DNA from: a candidate division WOR-3 bacterium
Lineage (GTDB): Bacteria; Hydrothermota; Tepidihabitantia; Tepidihabitantales; Tepidihabitantaceae
NCBI GenBank assembly: GCA_965649225.1
Contig: CBFGJX010000002.1
Coordinates: 18,625 to 82,624 of the forward strand
Direction: 5' to 3'
DNA length: 64,000 nucleotides
In this document: positions 56,970-64,000 of the stretch, in pieces
Layout: each line of letters begins with the position of its first letter
How positions within the stretch are numbered: position 1 is the stretch's first letter
Made by a program: the position numbers and the translations under genes
The notes under the pieces: generated by a model
The model's database searches: none
What the model was told of the DNA's origin: nothing
Seen by the model: only the letters and a program-made list of their open reading frames with translations

Positions 56970-58202
56970 CTACCTCTGTCTCTCGACGCCGGTCAGGAGT
57001 TCTTCGGCAAGTTCCCAAAGACTGACCGCCGTCAGTTCATAATCCACTCCCGCCGCGGTAAGCCAGTCGGCAGCCGGGAGTGGCAACAATGTCGCCTCCG
57101 TTCCCCGCGCGCCTGGCGACATACCCGGACGTTCAATCACGGTCAAAGAATGCTGTGCGGCAAGCTGACGCCGCTGACGTGATGAAAGGTCGACTTTGAT
57201 CCAGCGCCCGGGAAAGGCAAGCTTCTCTGTCAGCAAGCGTCTGGGAAAAGCAGTCGGAATTGTCTCACCTGTCCACAACGGGCCGGCAGCAAGCAGATAA
57301 CGGGCGTTGGCGGCGTCAAGCAGGCGGCGAGCGAGCGCCGCTGCGAAAGCGGTGCCCGCCGGGGGTTTCGCTCGCGTTGCCAGCAATCTCTCTTCCACAG
57401 CCAAGTTCAGCTGGACAAGCCGGGCAGCCTGAGTCGAATCGATTTCCAACGTGTCAATTCGGGGCATCAGACGGCGGACACGAATTTCAGGACCCGGACG
57501 GCTGATTTCAAACAAGACAACGCTGTCAGTACCGCGGTCTGTCCGAAGGTCCCATCCGACTGCCGGCTCGAATGCGACTTCGGTCAGCAGAATCGTCAGG
57601 TCGCTGCGCTGCCGAAGAAGTGACAGTACTGCCGATGCCGAATACGCGGCTGCCACAGTGCGCACCCCCCGCTGGCGCAGCAACGGAGAAACCGTGTCGC
57701 TTGTCAGCCCGGCGATACCGATTGTCCCCAGCCGGGTCGGGCGGGTCATCAAGCCGTGGCCGAGTGGCTCACCCAAGGTATCAGTGATGGCACTGCCCAG
57801 GATGAAGCAACTGGAACCATCGACCAGTGCCTTTGCCCTGCCCGGCCCCCAGGCCAGCCAGTCCGGACCGAAGAGCACCGCATCGACCTGCAGCACTCCC
57901 AGGCGGTCAACCGCCGATTTACCATCCGTCAAGACCTCAGCCGGATTGTGCCGTACCCCGCTGGCGGCGACCAGCCAGAGACAATCGTCCCGCTTCCTGA
58001 ACTGCTGGACCAGTTTCGCACAGCGAAGCATTGCGCTGTCGCCGAGTGACCCGGTTACCAGCAGTCGAACAACCGGCGGCGCTGGTGACAATCGGCGGGG
58101 GGCGCAGCCAAGCTGTGCCATTACCGCCGCGACGATCCCGACGACAGCGAAGGCGAGAAGCGCGCTGCTAGACCAGCCGCGAGTCGTTAATGACCAGCTC
58201 AA
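56970..58202 (-). CDS. Degenerate 5'-nucleotidase/metallophosphoesterase-like lipoprotein
   Basis: Strand pattern of 5'-nucleotidases is kept (VDAVLFGPDW, ILGSAI, TIGIAGLT, DLTILLTE) but the metal ligands are replaced. Start uncertain. Confidence 0.55.
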   Translation of the reverse strand: MSWSLTTRGWSSSALLAFAVVGIVAAVMAQLGCAPRRLSPAPPVVRLLVTGSLGDSAMLRCAKLVQQFRKRDDCLWLVAASGVRHNPAEVLTDGKSAVDRLGVLQVDAVLFGPDWLAWGPGRAKALVDGSSCFILGSAITDTLGEPLGHGLMTRPTRLGTIGIAGLTSDTVSPLLRQRGVRTVAAAYSASAVLSLLRQRSDLTILLTEVAFEPAVGWDLRTDRGTDSVVLFEISRPGPEIRVRRLMPRIDTLEIDSTQAARLVQLNLAVEERLLATRAKPPAGTAFAAALARRLLDAANARYLLAAGPLWTGETIPTAFPRRLLTEKLAFPGRWIKVDLSSRQRRQLAAQHSLTVIERPGMSPGARGTEATLLPLPAADWLTAAGVDYELTAVSLWELAEELLTGVERQR

Positions 58203-58869
58203 AGCGACACCCGAGAAAATCGGCGGCCCGGCGGGAGATTATCATCCGCGACAGGAAGATTTCGAAGTAGTCCATCACCGGTGCAATGGTCGTGTCGACC
58301 GTGAGACGGAAAACAATCACCCGCTTGTCGCGGTCCACCTCGAGCCCGGATTTCTTTACCGCATAGTTGACCCGGTCGTGGATATCAAAACGGATCAGCT
58401 CGGGGTTGCGCACGCGACTGCGGTGAACATCGGCCTTGTCAGCAAGTATCAACGCGGACGAAACTGCCGAGACCGGGTTACCGCCCTCTTCGTGATGATT
58501 GCCGATCGCCGACATGACCAGTGCCGTTTCGTTCGGAGCCATACCGAGACGGCGGAGGACATCACGCGCCAGCAGAGCGCCCAGGCGCTCGTGCTCCAGC
58601 CGGTTGACAACGTTGCCGATGTCGTGCAGGTAACCGGCGATGGCCGCCAGTTCAACCATGCGTTCGTCCTGGCCCAGTGCCTGCAGAACTCCGGCGGCAT
58701 GCTTGGCGACAAGCCGGGCATGACGGAAGCCGTGTTCGGTATAACCAATCGCCTCAAGCTGGTGGTCAGCGTACTCAATCAGCGCGATGACCTCCGGGTC
58801 CTTGGCAACGGTCTTCAGGGTGACCGGCCGGGACCCGGAGTCACGCAGGCTGTCTGGTCCGACGGTCAT
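58168..58869 (-). CDS. HD-domain phosphohydrolase
   Basis: YTEHG.RH, YLHDIG, GNHHE, ILADKAD. Confidence 0.9.
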   Translation of the reverse strand: MTVGPDSLRDSGSRPVTLKTVAKDPEVIALIEYADHQLEAIGYTEHGFRHARLVAKHAAGVLQALGQDERMVELAAIAGYLHDIGNVVNRLEHERLGALLARDVLRRLGMAPNETALVMSAIGNHHEEGGNPVSAVSSALILADKADVHRSRVRNPELIRFDIHDRVNYAVKKSGLEVDRDKRVIVFRLTVDTTIAPVMDYFEIFLSRMIISRRAADFLGCRFELVINDSRLV

Positions 58870-58881
58870 TGGTTCACGAAA

Positions 58882-59358
58882 CTAGCTTTCGTCGGCCGGA
58901 ACTGCCCCCGAGGCCACCTGTTTGATGTACTGTTCGAAATCAGAGAGCAGCAGTTCATCGCCGACCAGCTGGTTCTTCCACCGGATGGCGATTTCGTTCG
59001 CTCCGAAGGTCTTGTCCAGAAACACCTGCAGCTTCGGGCCGGATGCATAGTTCCGGTCGGAGATGATGACTCCGGATGTGCTCGGATTATCGCCACAGAC
59101 CTCGAAGATTTCGGCCGCCTTTTCCGGGTCATAGTCCCACTGCTCCGGCCCGCGCGGCTGGCGCTTGTAGAGCAGAAACTCGATCAGCTCGTTAGCGACA
59201 GCCAGCATGATTGAATAGTCTTCGCCCGGTGCCGAGCCGGCGACGTAGTTCTTCAAAGGCAGATGCAAGCAGATGCCGATTTCGCCACGACCCTCGCCAA
59301 AGAAAATGCCTTCGGCGCGCAGTATCTGGCTGAGGTCCCGTTTCTCAAAGAACAACAT
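58882..59358 (-). CDS. Hypothetical protein
   Basis: 158-aa ORF with typical composition, inside a minus-strand operon. Confidence 0.75.
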   Translation of the reverse strand: MLFFEKRDLSQILRAEGIFFGEGRGEIGICLHLPLKNYVAGSAPGEDYSIMLAVANELIEFLLYKRQPRGPEQWDYDPEKAAEIFEVCGDNPSTSGVIISDRNYASGPKLQVFLDKTFGANEIAIRWKNQLVGDELLLSDFEQYIKQVASGAVPADES

Positions 59359-59395
59359 GGCACAACAACCCGTTTGCTGCGGTCGTGACGGTCAA

Positions 59396-60397
59396 TCAAT
59401 GCGCAGCCGGATAGTGCAACCGTCCGGCCTGCTTGCGTTCGCTCAGCACCCGTAACATGTCTTTGGTCATTGCTGCCAGGTCGTACTCAGGCCGCCAGCC
59501 CCATTCCTCGCGGGCAGCGGTGTCATCAAGCGATTGTGGCCACGAATCGGCAATCGCCTGACGGAAATCGGGTTCGTAGGTACAGACAAAATCAGGCAGG
59601 TGCTTGCGGATCTCGGCCGCCAGCTCGCCGGCCGAGAAGCTCATCGCGCCGACATTGAAATCACAATGGTGCTTCAACCTGCCGAAGTCGGCCTCAGCCA
59701 GGTCAATTGTCGCCTTGATGCAGTCCGGCATATACATCATCGGCAGGCGGGTGTCCTCGCGCACAAAACACTTGTACCGACCGAACAGCACCGCCTCGAA
59801 GTAAATGGCAACGGCAAAGTCAGTTGTACCGCCACCGGGCAGCGTCTCGTAGGAGATGATGCCGGGATAGCGCAGCCCGCGGACATCAAGGCCAAACCGG
59901 CGAACATAGTAATCACCGAGCAGCTCCCCGGCGACTTTGCTGACCCCGTACATGGTCCGAGGTTTCAGAATCGTGTCGTTGGGAGTGTTCACCCGCGGGG
60001 TTTCGGGACCAAAAACCGCGATCGAGCTGGGCACTATCACCCGCGCCATTTCATGCTCACGGGCAATCTCCAGTATGTTGTACAGGCCGTTGACATTGAC
60101 GTCCCAGCACAGGGCCGGATTCTTCTCGCCGACGGCGGAAAGTATCGCGGCCATGTGGTAAATCGTGTCAATATTGTGCCGCCGCACAACTTCCTCAACC
60201 GACGCGCGGTCGTTGACATTGATGAAATAAAACGGGCCGGAGTTCTTCAGTTCTTCGCTGGGCTGCGTCTTGCGACCGGTCGCAACCACGTTGTCGGCGC
60301 CGTAACGCTTGCGCAGGGCCATGGTCAGTTCCGAACCGATCTGTCCGACCGAACCGGTGACGAGGATCTTCTTCATCTCTTTCTTGTACGCCATCAT
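59396..60397 (-). CDS. L-threonine 3-dehydrogenase (SDR/epimerase type)
   Basis: TGSVGQIGSEL, AAILSA.GE, PSSIA.FG, MYGVSK, RYPG.IS, PGGGTTD.AV, LPMMYMPD, RQAIADSWP. Confidence 0.88.
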   Translation of the reverse strand: MMAYKKEMKKILVTGSVGQIGSELTMALRKRYGADNVVATGRKTQPSEELKNSGPFYFINVNDRASVEEVVRRHNIDTIYHMAAILSAVGEKNPALCWDVNVNGLYNILEIAREHEMARVIVPSSIAVFGPETPRVNTPNDTILKPRTMYGVSKVAGELLGDYYVRRFGLDVRGLRYPGIISYETLPGGGTTDFAVAIYFEAVLFGRYKCFVREDTRLPMMYMPDCIKATIDLAEADFGRLKHHCDFNVGAMSFSAGELAAEIRKHLPDFVCTYEPDFRQAIADSWPQSLDDTAAREEWGWRPEYDLAAMTKDMLRVLSERKQAGRLHYPAAH

Positions 60398-60519
60398 TCA
60401 GCTCCTTATGCCTGCAACTTGCAGAATGGTAGTCTAACGGCGTGTCCCGACAAGTCAAAGAGAAAATAGCAACTGCCAAGCTGGACAGCTTTTGACTCAG
60501 AGTTATACTGTCGCCGTAC

Positions 60520-60594
60520 GGTGAGTGTAGCTCAATTGGTTAGAGTACCTGACTGTGGCTCAGGATGTTGGGGGTTCAAGTCCCCTCACTCACC
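60520..60594 (+). tRNA. tRNA-His(GTG)
   Basis: G-1 then GTGAGTG...CACTCAC-C, anticodon arm CCTGA-CTGTGGC-TCAGG. Confidence 0.95.
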
Positions 60595-60665
60595 CTGGCG
60601 GCCGGCAAGCCCGCAGCGTCGGGCTTGCCAACCGCCTGGCGCCGAGTACACTGCCCGCGGCAGTT

Positions 60666-60739
60666 GCGCCCGTAGCTCAACTGGACAGAGCGTCGGGCTT
60701 CGAACCCGCAGGCTGCGCGTTCGAGTCGCGCCGGGCGCA
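60666..60739 (+). tRNA. tRNA-Arg(TCG)
   Basis: GCGCCCG...CGGGCGC acceptor stem, loop CTTCGAA. Confidence 0.92.
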
Positions 60740-60796
60740 GTTTTTCGAAAATTGGAATTTCCGCCGGCGGGTAAGACCAGCCGGCGCGGATTCAAT

Positions 60797-60870
60797 GCCC
60801 CGCTAGCTCAACTTGGCAGAGCAACGGATTCTTAATCCGTGGGTTGCAGGTTCAATTCCTGCGCGGGGTA
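60797..60870 (+). tRNA. tRNA-Lys(CTT)
   Basis: GCCCCGC...GCGGGGT acceptor stem, anticodon arm ACGGA-TTCTTAA-TCCGT. Confidence 0.93.
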
Positions 60871-60975
60871 TTCTGTTTATGGGCTCGCGAAAACCGTGAC
60901 CGGTACGCAGACAGCCGTTGTCGCCCGGACCCGACATCAGTGCATCTGCTTGCCGGCAGTCTCCTGGGGATATAA

Positions 60976-63825
60976 ATGACTACCGTCATACTGCTTGTTT
61001 CTCTGCTGACCGGCGTTGACGCCGGACCCGGTGCTGCGAATCTGACCGCGGCAAGGCGTTACTGGGTATTCTTCACCGACAAGGCGGTCCGCTCCAGCCA
61101 GCAGTATCAGGCAGCCCTGGACGCTGCGGCGCTCCTGGCCAGCCCGGCATCAGTTCAACGCCGCGCTGCCGCCCCGGTTCGCGGGTTTGACTACGACGAC
61201 CTGCCGGTCAGCGAGCAATACCTGCGGGCGATCGAGCAACTCGGTGGCAGACTGCACATGGTTTCTCGCTGGCTCAATGCCGCGAGTTTCACGCTCTCCC
61301 CCACAGCGGCCGATGCCGTCAGCCTGCTGCCCTTTGTTCGCAAAGTGACGCCGGTGGCGAAGCGAACGCTGACCACAGACGCCTTTCCGATACAGGCTTT
61401 TCCGGTCGACGACCGGCACCGGGCAACGGATACTGCCAAGGACCGCCGGTTTTATGGACCCTCTTATGAGCAAGCCCGGATGATGGGCGTCCCTGAGGTT
61501 GCTGCCCGTGGCTACACCGGTTCGGGCGTTCGACTGGCCATGTTTGATTCCGGCCTGCGGCTTTACAACCGTGCAGTCGCCCGGATTCGGCTCGGCCCCC
61601 AGCGCGATTTCCTCTCCGGCGACAATTACTATCAGGCACAGTCCGTCCGGAGCTGGGCTGCGACGCCGATCGACCAGCTGCGCTATCTGGGACTGGTCGC
61701 CGCTCCGTCGCTGGTCGAGGCCGATACCCTGCTGACCGGAGCCAGACCACTGCTGGCGGTGTTCTGCGCCGATTCATTCGCCTACGGCTACAACCCGCCG
61801 CGCCGCATGCTTTTTGCCACCCACTCAAGCGACCATGGGACAACCTGGAGCACTGCCCGTCCGATTTACGCCTGTCGCCCGTACGACCAGACGGTAGAGA
61901 ACACTGCGCTCGCTGTCCGGCGTGCAGTCAGCTATCTGGCGTTCAACGACCTGACCGAGACCTCAGGCCGGGCAACAAGCAACCTTTATCTCGGCTGGTT
62001 TGTCGGAACCGACTGGGGCGGCGCGCCGCGCTTTCTCGGCGCCGGCCGCTGGCCCAGTCTCGCCATCGCCGGTGATACGCTGTATATCGCATTCGTCCGG
62101 TCCGACTCTGCGCTTGGATTTGCCAAATACCTTGTCTCCGACATCAACCCGGTTTTGCTGACGAATGTAACCGTCACGCTTGACCAGCGGGTCAGTCAGC
62201 CGCAGGTCGCGGTAGGAAGCGACAATTCGATTGACATCGTCTGCGTTGCCGGCGATGCGCTGCGTTACTACCGCTCCCGCGATGGCGGTGAGACCTTCAG
62301 TCTCGTCAGCGAACCGGTTGCTGCTGCCGCTCACCAGCCGCAGCTTCTCCGTTTCGGTGATACCTGTCTGCTCTTCTGGCGTAACGAAGCCACTCTTCCC
62401 TGCGCCCGACTGTCGCTGCTGCGTTCAACCGACGGCGGCCAGTCATGGTTCGGGCCAGTCAGCATCTCCGACACCCTGCTGCCGGCCGGCGGGTTCTCGG
62501 CGGCACTGTCGCCCGACGGCCTTGACGTCGCCTGGCTTTCGGCCGGACGGCTGTATCGCAGCCGCTCAACCAACTTGGGTGCAGACTGGCAGCCGCCGGC
62601 TCTGCTTGACAGCAGCGGCTTTGCTACCTTGCCCAGACTTGTCAGTACCGAGCAGGGTCCGATGACGACCTGGCTTCAGCGTGGTGACGCCACTGCGGTC
62701 TGGGAACCCGCCGACACGCTGCGCTTCTCGCGGGAACAGCCGCATCATGGCACGCGAATGGCATCAATCATCGCCGGCTACCAGCCCGGTGGTGTTGTGG
62801 GAGTCGCTCCCGGTGTTGAACTGCTCGTCGCCCGCACCGAGCTGTTCAAGGTACGTTCCGGCCGCTACTACGAATACAACTTGGAGGAAGATACCTACAT
62901 CGAGGCACTGGAATGGGCTGAGCGCGTCGGGGCCGACATTGTCTCGACATCGCTGGGCTACCGAAGCTGGTACGACGACAGCCAGTTTGACGGCCACACC
63001 GCCCCGGTCTCGATTGCCGCTGACCGCGCCGCGCGACGCGGCATGCTCATCGTTACTGCGATGGGCAACCGTGATACGACAATCTACCCATGGCCGCGTC
63101 CCTACATCGTTGCACCGGGCGATGCCGAGAACGTCGTCACAGCCGGCGGGGTCCAGAAATCACTAGTCCCGTGGCGCGGCACTGGAACCGGCCCGACTGC
63201 CGACGGCCGCATCAAACCTGACCTCGTTGCGCTCTCTGATACAGTCGCGGTAGCTTCACCAGACTCGCTCGACTGGCTTGACGGCTCGGTTGGAACATCC
63301 TGCGCCACCGCACTGATTGCCGGTGCTGCCGCGCTGCTGAAAGAGGCACACCCGAACTGGACTGCTGAGTCCATCAAAGTTGCCCTCTACTCCACTGCGA
63401 CGCTCAGCGTCAAGAGCTGCACCTTCGGTTTTGGCGTTCCGCGGATCGATTCGGCTTTCAAACGTTACCCGCCGGCACCGGACAACCAGCCGATCACGCG
63501 CGACGCAATCGCCACAGTTTTTCCTAACCCATTCATCACCGGCGAGCACGACCGCGTCTGGTTTGGACTCAACATCCGTCAACCCCAGACCGAGGCAGAA
63601 ATCGCTGTCTACACCGCCTCAGGTTCACTGGTGCGCGTCATCCCGCTGGACGCCGGCCGACTGCCCCGCCCGGGAAGATACACCAGCCGGGACGAACTCG
63701 AGCCGATCGGCGCCTACTGGGATGGCAAAAACTCTGCCGGCCAGCCTTGTGCCGCCGGCCTGTACATGGCAGTGCTGCGGACAACATTCGGCAACCACAC
63801 GACCCGCTTCGCCCTTGTCCGCTGA
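60976..63825 (+). CDS. Secreted S8 subtilase with inserted BNR (Asp-box) propeller and T9SS/FlgD-like CTD
   Basis: Prodomain SRWLNA, FDSG, HHGT, AMGN, KPDLVA, GTSCA, four S.D.G.TW-type boxes, C-terminal FPNPF...WDGKN...GLY. Confidence 0.88.
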   Translation: MTTVILLVSLLTGVDAGPGAANLTAARRYWVFFTDKAVRSSQQYQAALDAAALLASPASVQRRAAAPVRGFDYDDLPVSEQYLRAIEQLGGRLHMVSRWLNAASFTLSPTAADAVSLLPFVRKVTPVAKRTLTTDAFPIQAFPVDDRHRATDTAKDRRFYGPSYEQARMMGVPEVAARGYTGSGVRLAMFDSGLRLYNRAVARIRLGPQRDFLSGDNYYQAQSVRSWAATPIDQLRYLGLVAAPSLVEADTLLTGARPLLAVFCADSFAYGYNPPRRMLFATHSSDHGTTWSTARPIYACRPYDQTVENTALAVRRAVSYLAFNDLTETSGRATSNLYLGWFVGTDWGGAPRFLGAGRWPSLAIAGDTLYIAFVRSDSALGFAKYLVSDINPVLLTNVTVTLDQRVSQPQVAVGSDNSIDIVCVAGDALRYYRSRDGGETFSLVSEPVAAAAHQPQLLRFGDTCLLFWRNEATLPCARLSLLRSTDGGQSWFGPVSISDTLLPAGGFSAALSPDGLDVAWLSAGRLYRSRSTNLGADWQPPALLDSSGFATLPRLVSTEQGPMTTWLQRGDATAVWEPADTLRFSREQPHHGTRMASIIAGYQPGGVVGVAPGVELLVARTELFKVRSGRYYEYNLEEDTYIEALEWAERVGADIVSTSLGYRSWYDDSQFDGHTAPVSIAADRAARRGMLIVTAMGNRDTTIYPWPRPYIVAPGDAENVVTAGGVQKSLVPWRGTGTGPTADGRIKPDLVALSDTVAVASPDSLDWLDGSVGTSCATALIAGAAALLKEAHPNWTAESIKVALYSTATLSVKSCTFGFGVPRIDSAFKRYPPAPDNQPITRDAIATVFPNPFITGEHDRVWFGLNIRQPQTEAEIAVYTASGSLVRVIPLDAGRLPRPGRYTSRDELEPIGAYWDGKNSAGQPCAAGLYMAVLRTTFGNHTTRFALVR

Positions 63826-63870
63826 GCTTGACTGCCAGCCCGGAAAACAGTAAATTGACCTGCAAGGCAT

Positions 63871-63943
63871 TCCAGCGTAGCTCAATTGGTAGAGCATCCG
63901 GCTGTTAACCGGAGGGTCACAGGTTCGAGCCCTGTCGCTGGAG
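63871..63943 (+). tRNA. tRNA-Asn(GTT)
   Basis: TCCAGCG...CGCTGGA acceptor stem, anticodon arm TCCGG-CTGTTAA-CCGGA. Confidence 0.95.
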
Positions 63944-64000
63944 CTCAACCCGACAACCCATTGCCGGCGACAACGCGCTGCGGCCAGTCCTGACCGGCGT

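Noticed and set aside
57451-59214. 587-aa plus-strand ORF
   Set aside because: Antisense shadow of three minus-strand genes, with no motifs. Many other long overlapping ORFs (e.g. 6002-7075, 17053-18102, 59534-60469) are rejected for the same reason.
1-64000. Stop-codon recoding (Sec/Pyl or alternative genetic code)
   Set aside because: Conserved genes end normally at TGA, TAG or TAA, and I saw no conserved domain interrupted by an in-frame stop.

Overview
GC-rich bacterial chromosome segment, mostly housekeeping genes, with no mobile element, prophage or CRISPR array that I can see. It contains a mannose-family PTS operon (IIB-IIC-IID-HPr-EI) followed by PGI/PMI and tgt, an archaeal-type aspS, a DRG-like GTPase, serA-like plus DUF1015, gap-pgk-tpiA, secG-rplU, trxB, argF, sucCD, a four-subunit 2-oxoacid:ferredoxin oxidoreductase, a small Wzx-type glycan cluster headed by an HDAC-family gene, nnr, an SDR-type threonine dehydrogenase and six tRNAs. 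Many large secreted proteins are present, five of them ending in a T9SS/FlgD-like C-terminal sorting domain. The gene content suggests an anaerobic peptide and amino-acid fermenter near the FCB group, possibly WOR-3-like (inference only). The strongest sequence-level signals are: (i) sigma70-type promoters with a 16-bp spacer in 19 of 22 hand-found cases; (ii) many promoters placed 5-8 nt before the start codon, implying leaderless mRNAs, plus a leaderless 20-aa uORF coupled to a TPR gene; (iii) a small multi-HTH protein carrying a sigma region 4.2-like helix; (iv) a subtilase with a BNR-repeat propeller inserted between its catalytic Asp and His; (v) a 5'-nucleotidase-like protein that has lost its metal ligands, in an HD/ICMT operon. 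All calls come from motif recognition by eye; no searches were run.
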